From Octopus sinensis (Eukaryota), in assembly GCF_006345805.1 (NCBI RefSeq), contig NC_042998.1, positions 127,782,001 through 127,846,000 on the forward strand: a stretch of DNA of 64,000 bases. Reading direction: 5' to 3'. The notes under the pieces are model-generated. The model worked only from the letters and a program-made list of their open reading frames with translations. It ran no database searches and was not told where the DNA came from. The translations under genes were made by a program, and so were the position numbers. Below are positions 12,489-23,145 of the stretch, piece by piece; the first letter of the stretch is position 1, and each line of letters opens with the position of its first letter.

Positions 12489-12952
12489 TAAATTTTAATA
12501 AAGATGGGTGTATGAAAAATTAATAAAGAAGTCGAATCAGCTTTCATTGCAAGGCAAATGTTCAAGATTTGGAAGGCGGGGAAATAGTTTTTGAAATTGA
12601 GGAAGAGGAAAAAAGAAATTTACAATTTTTTTTTTTAATAATTAATATATACAAAAATTAATAAATAAGTATACCAATACAATGTAGTGTCTTTATGCTT
12701 TTAGAGTTCAATATTTGTCCTTGGAAAAACTTCTTTGGAGGATTAGGATGCTTATGTTTAAATGTATTGTTTTGTTTGAAAAGTTTGGATGCTTATTTGT
12801 CAAAACTGGAAATGGGATAGGAGTTAGTCCCTGTGAATAAGGGGAGAAATTAGTGGATTATATTCTCTTTAATTGGAATGCTCGATTGTTTCTCAAACAG
12901 GATGCTTATATCTATTTTTTTGTCAGACAGGATGTTAGAAAAGGGAATACGG

Positions 12953-13593
12953 TCATCGTGGATTTTGCTTATTAAGACGCATTTGGAATTTTTCAATAAA
13001 AAGATTCTCCTTCTCTTTCTTGTGTAGAGATTCTGTTTTTTACATTGATAGAAAGGGAATATAGGACATTTGGGATTTTTATTTCCAGCACAATCGTCTA
13101 TGTGGTTACTGAGTGGAATTTGACGGTATTGTGGGAGATTTATCTGTTCTTTATGGACTGCTACTCTTCTGCGTAAAGGAGAGCTCGTTTGTCCGATATA
13201 ATTGTGTTGGCAACCGACGCATGTAATAACGTAAATGAGATTCTCGGAGGAACAGGAGAAGTTGGTCTTGATTTTAAACTTTGCTCCTTGTTTGAATGTA
13301 AATTCAGAGCCTTCAATTAGGAAGGCGCAGGTACCACAGTTAGGGCGTGCACATTTTTTAACTGATGGGAATGGATGTGGTGTGTGACATTTGGCATTTG
13401 TTAAGAGGTTTTCAATGATTTATGTTGCCTTTTGCATTTATGGATTTTATGTGTATTGATAATATTAGTCATTTTTTAGTCAGTGGACAATAAGAGGTGA
13501 TTTTGTATGATTGTGGTGCAAACTTCGATATTTTGGGGATTGTGGGTGGAAATATATGGAAATATTTTGAGGTTGGATGTGCTACTGTGTTGG
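12953..13593 (-). pseudogene. Neptune-type Penelope-like element: linker, Cys-rich finger and GIY-YIG endonuclease
   Basis: An ATG-less open frame (13362->13021) is missing from the ORF track: VKKCARPNCGTCAFLIEGSEFTFKQGAKFKIKTNFSCSSENLIYVITCVGCQHNYIGQTSSPLRRRVAVHKEQI...HIDDC. After a frameshift it continues EKENLFIEKFQMRLNK. Upstream linker: PYISTHNPQNIEV...KCKRQHKSLK.LLTNAK. Confidence 0.9.
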
Positions 13594-13782
13594 GTAGTTT
13601 TTCATAAGATTCTTTCCATGTGATGAAACAATCATCTTGGTATCTTTTCCAGTTTTCCATTAAGTAGATGTGGAAAAGGTGTCCAAATTTCTGTCGTGAT
13701 ATCTCATAAAGTGATAGTTCGAAGAAACCTATTATGATGTTCGCAAGGACTGGTGCAGCTTTGGTACCCATCGCGGTACTTC
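13594..13782 (-). pseudogene. PLE reverse transcriptase core segment (motifs B-C)
   Basis: TAMGTKAAPVLANIIIGFFE...WKRYQDDCFITWKESYEKL. Confidence 0.9.
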
Positions 13783-14040
13783 TGGAATTCAAAACCATAC
13801 TTAACAACATACATCCAACATTCAATTCACTATGGAATTCAGCAAACATCACCTCCCTTTTCTTGATACCCTAATTATAAAAACACCTAACAGCCAAATC
13901 ACAACCGACATCCTCCACAAACCTACAGACTCACAACAATACCTCCTCTTCAGTTCATGCCACCCAAAACACACCACCTCTTCAACTTAGCTAAAAGGAT
14001 TTGCACCATTGTCTCGGATCCAAAAACTCGAGAAATATGT
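13783..14040 (+). pseudogene. PLE reverse transcriptase post-YxDD/thumb segment, inverted relative to the rest
   Basis: EFKTILNNIHP / IQFTMEFSKHHLPFLDTLIIKTPNSQITTDILHKPTDSQQYLLFSSCHPKHT / FNLAKRICTIVSDPKTREI, with two frameshifts. Confidence 0.9.
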
Positions 14041-14495
14041 TTTGCGCCACCAGTCCCACGTAACGGCAAGATTTTCAGGAACATAACTCTTCCGTAATGC
14101 TTGGATATTAGATAAATATGTTTAACCTCGTTTCTGCATACAAATTCACGTGCATATATGTATAAGTGTCTATGCTCACACGCCCGTATGTGTGTATGTG
14201 TGTACACTCGTATGCTAGCATATTGTTGAAAGGTTTTTTATTAACAATTCAATATTCCTTCGTCAACGACGGAGTGAAGGAAAATTCTTAAATAAATTGA
14301 ATTCACTCTGCGATTGTTATTCAGTATTAATGACATTTTAATCGTAGCAATAGAAAAGTACCAAGAATATTGGTTTATATGTTTTGTCTTTATTCCTTTC
14401 TATTTTTTTCTTCTTTGTTGCCAGACTTAAATTTTCTGTACCTGGTTTCTATCAGCAATTGGTAAATAGGGTTAGCTATGTGGTCTAGTAGTATA

Positions 14496-14527
<32 letters not shown>

Positions 14528-14806
14528 TGTTGTTGTTGTTGTTGTTGTTTTACCTCAAACCACAAACCAGCGTCGATCGAGGCATTCCAGATGTGATAAG
14601 CGACGTTTTGGCAGAGCCATTTGGCGTCACTATTCCAACGCTGATTTGTTTGACACTAGAAATTTTTAACACCTCTCTCTTTTATTGTTTCTCTCAATTT
14701 ATTCCTTCCACTCTCTCGCTTTAGCTCTCTCTGTCTCTCACACTCTTTCTCTATCTGTTTATCTCTCATTTTCTGTCCCCTTCTCTCTCTCTCTCTCTCT
14801 CTCTCT

Positions 14807-14933
14807 CCCCTACCCATTTGTTTATCTCTCCATACGTACCCGTTTGTGAGCATATTTCTCTGTGTGTGAGAATAGGGAAAGTGTTTTTGTCGATTGTGTA
14901 GAATTAATAAATTGTAACGTTTTTTTCTCTCCG

Positions 14934-14992
<59 letters not shown>

Positions 14993-15121
14993 CCCTACCC
15001 ATTTGTTTATCTCTCCATACGTACCCGTTTGTGAGCATATTTCTCTGTGTGTGAGAATAGGGAAAGTGTTTTTGTCGATTGTGTAGAATTAATAAATTGT
15101 AACGTTTTTTTCTCTCCGTCG

Positions 15122-15126
<5 letters not shown>
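14807..15126. repeat. Perfect tandem duplication, period 185 bp, bounded by (CT)n
   Basis: CCCCTACCCATTTG...TCTCCGTCGCTCT (~134 bp) is identical at 14807 and 14992. Confidence 0.95.
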
Positions 15127-15173
<47 letters not shown>

Positions 15174-15546
15174 TTACATCTCATTTTTCTAACTGTATAC
15201 GTATAATTCTGCGTGGACATGCGTGACCCAGTGTGTGTGAAAAAAGGGAGTGAGAGAGAGAGAGAGAGTATTTCTTTATTCACCATAAGGTTGAGAAAAA
15301 GAGGGGACAAAACAAACGTTGGGGTCAGGGTATCGAATGAGACGAAACATATGAATAAACAAACAATTAAAATATATACAATTAAATGAGAATGAGTGAT
15401 TAACAAAAAATGAAGCGGAGGACGTAGTTGACCCCACAAACCACATACTCACACTGAAGACTTTGCTTTCTCCTTTTCTACATTCCCGATTAAACAAAGA
15501 GAAAGAGAAAGAGAGAGAGAGAGAGTGTGTGTGTGTGTGTGTGTGT

Positions 15547-15587
<41 letters not shown>

Positions 15588-16510
15588 GTATGTGCGTGTG
15601 CATTTGCCTCCAGCACCAAAACGTACGGTCACCAGAACTAGCTGGCTGTCCAGTCAGTCGTGCTATATCATTGGTATCGAAACAGATGCGCCCATTCATT
15701 TCATTCCATACTTTTTTTTTACCAGACATAGCGTAGCCGTGATCACATTATTTTTAGCGTATCTTTTAGAAGCCAGTAAGTTTTAATTTAAGGGAAGTTG
15801 GCTTTTATTTCTAGCAAGACAAATGATATTGTAATGATTTTTTTCTCAGCCTATGATACTTATATGTCCTTTATACATTAATATAAAATTATTCTAATTA
15901 GGTGCGTTTTTGTAATAAAGACGTTTCATTTTGATGAAGTCTTCCTTGTTGTATGAACGGTGACCCTGCGACTCAGTTAGGAGTCGAGTACATACTTATA
16001 CGTGTCTTATGACAGTCGGCTTCTTACAAAGAGAGACAGATAGACAGACAGAGATGAGAGAAAGATGCTAACAGTCGACTATTCTACTGGATTTTTACTC
16101 TATTAACCGACACTGAAACAATGAAAACCAACATTGACTTAGGCTGTCTGAATTCAGAACGTAAACAGCAAGACACTGATTTTATACAACTCTCTAATCA
16201 CTTCGCAAACACGCCAGCTAGTTGCAGTTTACTAGTAGGTAATAATGTATCCGTTAGACATGTTCATATATACATCTGCTTGCACCTGCATAGATATCTC
16301 TGCGCAGAAAAGTCTATATTATAAAACAAGTAATTCTCAGTCGCTTACATCGTTTCAACTAGAAAATAAAATTCTGAACATCATCAAGCTATGATGAAGA
16401 TGGTATAGTTATTTGTTCCAAAGGAAACATAAATGGTTAACAAAACATATGAAGAATCTTTAATGAATCAAAATGTTAAAACTGCTGCATGCTTGTATTT
16501 TCTGTTCCAT

Positions 16511-16544
<34 letters not shown>

Positions 16545-16659
16545 CAAAATAAGTAACAAGGATATCCAGAGATAATGCAGTGCGATCTTTTCATGCGACT
16601 CCAATTCTATATAATACTTGCATTGTTCAATTAAATGGAGTCGCATGAAACGATCGTAC

Positions 16660-16797
16660 TGCATTACCTCTGGATATCCTTGTTGCTTATTTTGATTATA
16701 ATCACCCCCATTTTGAATTTATGGATAACACCATACCCAATCCTGGTGCCTATAACTTAGATACCATATTCAACTGAATCTAAATTTTTACTGAACA
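16660..16797 (-). repeat. Copy of the head of the fold-back element at 52961-53367
   Basis: The reverse complement matches TTCAGTAAAATTTAGATTCAG...GGGGTGATTATAATCAAAATAAGCAACAAG...GAGGTAATG. It is next to a (TA)n run. Confidence 0.75.
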
Positions 16798-16833
16798 TAT
16801 ATATATATATATATATATATATAAACATATAGT

Positions 16834-16864
<31 letters not shown>

Positions 16865-16917
16865 ATAAATAATATATATATTATATATATATCTATACAG
16901 AGAAAGAGAGAGAGAGA

Positions 16918-17097
16918 ATGAGTGAGTGAGTGAATGAGTGAGTGAGTGAGTGAGTGAGTGAGTGAGTGAGTGAGTGAGTGAATGAGTGAGTGAGTGAGTG
17001 AGTGAGTGAGTGAGTGAGTGAGTGAGTGAGTGAGTGAGTGAGTGAATGAGTGAGTGAGTGAGTGAGTGAGTGAGTGAGTGAGTGAGTGAGTGAGTGA
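16918..17097. repeat. (TGAG)n tetranucleotide microsatellite with occasional TGAA units
   Basis: Directly visible, ~45 units. Confidence 0.97.
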
Positions 17098-18337
17098 GAT
17101 TTCTTTCCGTACTCGACTGGTACTATATCGATTCCGAAATGACGGAAGAGAAACTCGACTTTGGTGCATCTGAACTCAGCACGCAAAGAACCGGGACGCA
17201 AGGCACTTCTATTCGACGTTTTAATAACTCTAGAATACATAAACACATACACACATAGGGAGGGAGGAAGAGAGGAATTTACTGTCCAAACACACACACA
17301 CATATATTTATTTATATGTTTGTTCATATGTATGTAAGAAGACAAGTTCACTGTTTTAGTATAATTTTCTCTTGTTACAACAGATGAGGTTGAATCATCA
17401 GTAGTGTCTTTTTTACTTTTAGTGTCGATAAAAGAAAAGGTAAAATATCTTTCCTATATGGATGACTATAATACGATAATGTATTTATATGGATAAGATA
17501 TCGATATATAATATAAAGGGATGTATGGCTTTGTATTGACTCTTCATCATTCTAGGATTCCACAGTTACCTTAATTAAAGTTTTTATTTTATTACTGTCT
17601 ATTATAAAGTTATACATTTATTTTTCCTTATATATAGATGTATTTTAAATATATTTTAGAATTCAAACAGGTATTTCCACAATCAAGTTTATCGATTGTT
17701 TCCTATTTTTTTTCAATGTATTGAAATTGGCAAATTGATTTGGAATAGTTTTCCTGAATTTAATTCCCATTTATACAACTCAAGACATCAAGTTCAAGTG
17801 AAAACGTGGATCACGAATAAATTATATTTTTAATCGGATGTAATTTGTCACGACTCTGAGGAATTCAATTCCACTGCTTCAATAGAAAAACGAAAAGAAA
17901 TAAAACTATCGGACCTAAGTGGATGAGTTCGATATTTCGAATATTTGAACAGCTAGAGTACAAGAATTATGACCATAAAATATTATGTGTAAAGAGAGTG
18001 TTTTAACGCTTCGAATATATGTTTGACGACAAAACTATATTTTACGAATATTATTTTTTTATTATCTTTATACCAATGTATATCATCACTACATTTCTCA
18101 GACTTAAATGATACACTTTTACCGGTAAAACAATAGTATAAGTGTTATCTAAGAGAAAGCTGTATAATGATTCTACAAGTGAACAACTAAAGTACAGGAT
18201 GACTCATTATAATGCGACACATTTTAAATGCAGTTAACTAGGGTTGGAACTAAAAAAGTATATTCATTATGGAAAGTGTATAATACATAACCAAATTACA
18301 AATAAAATATGTCCCTGCGTTACAAGACACTGTATAC

Positions 18338-18726
18338 TCTTTATATATAAAAGTGAGGTTGTCTGTCTCCTACGATTTAGATTCCTAACTACTCCCACAT
18401 TTTGCGGTGCAGTTTAACCAAAACCGGGTATCTTATAGTCGTGATTCATATCGATCCCTTCTGGGTATTAGCGCGCGTCTACGATGAGTCTACGATTAAA
18501 AAAAATTTACCATCAATTTTTCCCATTTTTAATGCCTTTTTGGCATATATAAGGGAAGTAATTCTCTAAAAATGTATTATTAAATCTCAGAACGTAAAAA
18601 GCTACAGTAACACCCCCCCCCTTTGTGGTTAGCCATATTGAGATGGCTATTATACTTTACATCTCTAAAAATGCTTATATAGTTATTTCCCTTACAAACC
18701 CGAGCAACTCCGGGCGATACTTCTAG
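18338..18726 (+). mobile_element. Non-autonomous Helitron
   Basis: 5' TCTTTATATATAAAAG start; 3' GC-rich hairpin CCCGAGCAACTCCGGG (18699-18714), then CTAG (18723-18726) followed by T. Confidence 0.75.
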
Positions 18727-18768
18727 TCACATATAAAATAAATTAAAATTTAGTCGCTTTATAATATT

Positions 18769-18986
18769 CTTTCCTACTCTAGGCACAAGGCCTGAAATTT
18801 TTGTGGAGGGGATCAGTCGACTCCAGTCAGATCGACCCCAGTACGCAATTGGTACTTAATTTATCGACTCCGAAACGATGAAAGGCAAAGTCGACCTCGG
18901 CGGAATTTGAACTCGGTACGTAAAGAAAGACGAAATACTGCTGAGCACCTCGCCCGGCGTGCTAACGTTTCTGCCAGCTCACCGCC
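18769..18986 (-). mobile_element. Full-length tRNA-derived SINE (dominant family) with a 19-bp target-site duplication
   Basis: Head GGCGGTGAGCTGGCAGAAACG and B-box GAGTTCAAATTCC. TSD: TTAGTCGCTTTATAATATT (18750-18768) vs TTAGTCGTTATATAATATT (18987-19005), 17/19 identical. Confidence 0.88.
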
Positions 18987-19198
18987 TTAGTCGTTATATA
19001 ATATTAGATAATGTATGTGTATATAGATTCGCTTGAACCTTCTTTATTAGTAATTATTATGCCAGTGACTCCCTTGAAATTTTTCCTCCCACTCATGTTG
19101 TTGACATTCTTTACGAGCGTTACTATATTCTTTTCTCTCTCCCTCCCCTCTCTCATCTTTCTCTTTCTAATTATCTCTCACTTTTTTTCTCGCTGTAT

Positions 19199-19419
19199 AT
19201 ACAAAGGGTTGCAGAAACGTCCTGGCTTTGGATAAAAGAAAACGCAGGAGAATCAGTTACTTATGATTTTATTCAACATATTTCCCTCTCATATTGGAAC
19301 ACTTATTGCGGTGGACCTCCGGGTTTTCTAAGCCCTGTAAAAGAAGTCGTAAGGTTGACCTTCCAAAAAAGCCTTTTTTGATACGCTTAAAACCAGGAAA
19401 TTTTCAGTATCCCCTCGTG
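19199..19419 (-). mobile_element. Mariner-derived MITE
   Basis: Degenerate ~30-bp TIRs (TACAAAGGGTTGCAGAAACGTCCTGGCTTT / reverse of AAACCAGGAAATTTTCAGTATCCCCTCGTG). The minus strand encodes a mariner C-terminus, LQGLENPEVHRNKCSNMRGKYVE*. Confidence 0.7.
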
Positions 19420-20777
19420 TATGTGTGTAAATATATAAAACTTTTATTTTATTTAGTCACTGCACAGCAGCTATTCTATTTAGTCACTGAACAGCGGCTA
19501 TGCTGGGGCACCGGCATGAAATTTTTTAAACGAATAAATCGCTGCCAGTATTTTCCTTTTTTTTAAGTCTATTGAGTGATTCAATATTTTCTTGTACCGA
19601 ACCTCTAAGTTACAGGTACGTAAACATAAATGTAAACATAGACATAAATGTATGTGTATGTGTATTTATGCATACGTGCGCGCGCACACACACATATACA
19701 CAACGAACTTCCACTCGGTTTTCGCCTATCAAATTCATTCACAAGGCATTTGTTGACCAGGTGCTATTGTTGACCAGAAGTCATGCAATGGGAATGAATC
19801 TGAAATCATGTGGTTGCAAATTGAGTTTCTTAAGCATACAGCCATATCTACACGCATATACATTTATACTTTGATAAGGAACCCTAATAACATGTCTGTA
19901 GCTAACACTAGTTTGGTTTAAAGAGTAGATCCAATCCAACAATTTGTGTTGTCTCTAAACATTTACCCAATTAATGTCTTTGAATTTTCTCCTGTGCTTT
20001 CTGTTTTATATTTTAAAACCTTATAAAAAGTTTTCTCTACTAAATACTTTTATAACCTCAATTAATCATGTTTTAAATAATTAAAATATAAAAGACGATT
20101 GCAATAGGTTATCAGAATCTACGGCGTGTCTTAGAAAATACCTTAGGGGATTTTATAGCGTCCCGGTATTGGTTTTGCTTTTCACCATTCCGCATTCGAT
20201 AAAGTACCCCAGTACCCTGGAATCGATGTAATAATTAACTTAACTCCTTGTCTATCAGCATCCATTTAACCCCAATGTTACAAATGAACATTATAAAATT
20301 TAAAGGAGTTGGATTAGCAGCGTTATTTTGTTCCGTCTCTTTAGTTCTGGGTTCAAATTCCGTCGAGGTCAACTTTATATTTCATATTTCCCGTAGCAAT
20401 AAAATATCTCTCAATTCTTGAGTCACTTAAATAGATTCTATACTCACCTGTAAAATCTGTGGATTTGTGCGTATTTTCAAACTCAATAATTTAAAATCTG
20501 AAGCGTATAGACGCAGTTGCGCGCCTGTAATGTTATAGTCTTCCATACCACTCTGACTTCCAATGTATTATATTCTTCTTTCGCATTACTAAGCTCTTGT
20601 ACTCTGTTTATCTTTCTTTATCTCTCTTGAAAGCACTTATTAAACATGGATGTTTTATAAGGTTGTTTCAGAAAAAGATGCAATGTTTTCAAAATGACAA
20701 TTTCCTTTTCTTCATAAAATGTTCTGGTTTCTATTTCGTTTAACTTAAAACAATTAAGCAATGATTCTTAAAATGGT

Positions 20778-20801
20778 GTTTTTCTTCTTTTCTCCTTACA
20801 G
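20778..20801 (+). promoter_or_regulatory. Splice acceptor (polypyrimidine tract plus CAG) 12 nt upstream of the GPCR ATG
   Basis: TTTTTCTTCTTTTCTCCTTACAG|AAATTCCAGACTATG implies an upstream 5' exon. Confidence 0.75.
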
Positions 20802-20813
20802 AAATTCCAGACT

Positions 20814-22026
20814 ATGGCAATGCACAATTCACCGTATACAACTTGGAGTAGTGCGATGGATCTGAATCAGGCTACATTAGATCTCCAAGATTATCCTCGA
20901 ACAGGAATGAATAGCACTTTTCCTGCTTTCAATGATTCGAATAAATGCGATGAAATTCTATCATATTTGGCAGAACCACCTCTACAACTATGTTTCTGGG
21001 TTAAATTTGCTCTAGGTTTTTTCCTCAGTTGCTTGGCTGGACTAACTATTTCTGGCAACTGTTTAGTAATTGCAGCAGTATTAACACACAATCACTTGAA
21101 AAGTTACACAAATGCCTTTGTTGTCTCCTTAGCCATTTCAGACACGCTTGTCGGCGGCGCCGTTATGCCCTATGCCATCAGACAGTTAATGTGGGATAAC
21201 CACTGGGGACATGGCCTCATTCTGTGTCGTATCATCATCTGCTTAGATGTAACATTCACAACAACATCCATCTTTCATCTGGTCTGTTTAGCTGGAGATC
21301 GCTATCTTGCAATTTGTCGACCATTTCAGCATCAGAAAGTAAAAAAGAGACATGTAGTTATTTCTATAATCCTTTGTTGGACTGTACCACTGCTAATTTC
21401 GTTTGTTCCTATCGCCAACGAATGGAATTTGAAAGGCATAGAGGCAATATATGAATGTATAGCTCCACCTGGTAGTGATACGTGTGTTTTTCTTGTTAAC
21501 AAAGCATTTGCGTTTACGTGCTCAGCTGTAGCCTTTTATATTCCGTCCGCCTTCCTCGTAATGTGCAACGCACAGATTTATACAGCGGCCAAAAGACAGG
21601 CAAAACAAATAAGGACGCTTGAGCAAGCAATCATTCAGAACAAAAACAAACGGAAAGCTTTCAAACACGAAGCAAAAGCTGCTAAAACGTTAGGAATAAT
21701 AATGGGTTGCTTCTGTGTTTGTTGGTGCCCATTTTTCATTATAAACGTTATTGATGCTATTATCCAGTACCAAACCCCCTACTACTTATGGCAGGTGGCA
21801 GTTTGGCTAGGATATAGCAACTCTACAATGAATCCTTTTTTATTTTATTTTTTTAATCGATCATTCCGAATAGCATTCCGTCGGATTCTAAGAATGAAAA
21901 CGAACCACGGAACAGTGGCACAATGTGATGATTTGACCACTGCCGCAGCAGGTTCTCAAGGTTCTGACATCAATTGTAGGTATTTTCCAGCTCAAACAAA
22001 TGGATTTGAATACGAATGTATATATA

Positions 22027-22095
<69 letters not shown>

Positions 22096-22148
22096 CAGTC
22101 ATATTTACAGATGTAGGTTTTGTGAAATCTTTATATTTGGTGCCATGA
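20814..22148 (+). CDS. HTR4-like: Class A aminergic GPCR, serotonin 5-HT4-like; true C-terminus uncertain after ~21979
   Basis: Seven hydrophobic helices with N-glycosylation sites NST and NDS, GN (TM1), SLAISD (TM2), CLDVTFTTTSIFHL with D3.32 = D145, DRY 162-164, VNKAFAFTCSAVAFYIP (TM5), KAAKTLGIIMGCFCVCWCPFFIIN (TM6) and WLGYSNSTMNPFLF (TM7). These blocks closely resemble vertebrate HTR4. Orthology and ligand are not established. Confidence 0.93.
22019..22093. repeat. (TA)n microsatellite inside the unspliced GPCR ORF
   Basis: Translates as [12 protein letters not shown]... There is no stop between TM7 and the tract. Confidence 0.95.
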
Positions 22149-22817
22149 TATTCCATGGTGTTCCTGAAAACAAATGGCTTTGAGAACATGCGATTATATT
22201 CTCTCATTCAATCTAAAGTGGACTCCAACTTTAACTGATTAAAGTATTCTGCTACTAGAATCACGGCTCAGATAGTTAATCTGTTGTATTTCTGAAGGAA
22301 AACAACTGTATTAAACAGAAACTTTTCCCCATTTGTTTCTTTTATCTCAGTCAATGATTTCTGCTTCATCATATACACTACAATGGGAGCAGTATATCCT
22401 ATTTTTTAGCCTTTCTTAGCGTCAATCCAATCAACAGAAATACACAGATTTATCCCACTAAATCACATACACTCTCTGCTCTAATTCTAAAACATCATTC
22501 GAAACAAACTTTGCTTCATTATTATTGGAGAGGGAGGGATTAAATTAAGTTATTTTGATGAGTACTTAACATCTATATTAACGAAATTTCATTTGAGGTT
22601 TGAATTTCTTCACCTTAGAAATTTGACTGGGAAAATCTGGAAACGCAAAATTTGTTGGTAAAAGAGCTGAAATGATTACAAGATGTCTTATAGGACTGGG
22701 TTTCTACATCAGTGAAACAGAAACATTATTGAAAATAATTTCGTGCATTCAGACAGTCCCTTAGTACATTCAAACATGCAACCATTTAATATGCAGAGAC
22801 TGATTTTGATATATATA

Positions 22818-22889
<72 letters not shown>

Positions 22890-23068
22890 ATATATGTGTG
22901 TGTGTATGTGTGTGTGTATATGTATGTATACACATACATACACACATATATATAAACATATATACATACATATACACATACATATATATATCCATGTATA
23001 TATATGAATGTATGTATATATATATACATATATATGCATGTGTATATATATGTATATATATGTATGTA

Positions 23069-23145
<77 letters not shown>

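Noticed and set aside
11185-15126. Direct repeats as a CRISPR array or LTR element
   Set aside because: Each has only two long copies, with no regular spacers, no cas genes and no TG...CA/PBS/PPT. The context is eukaryotic.
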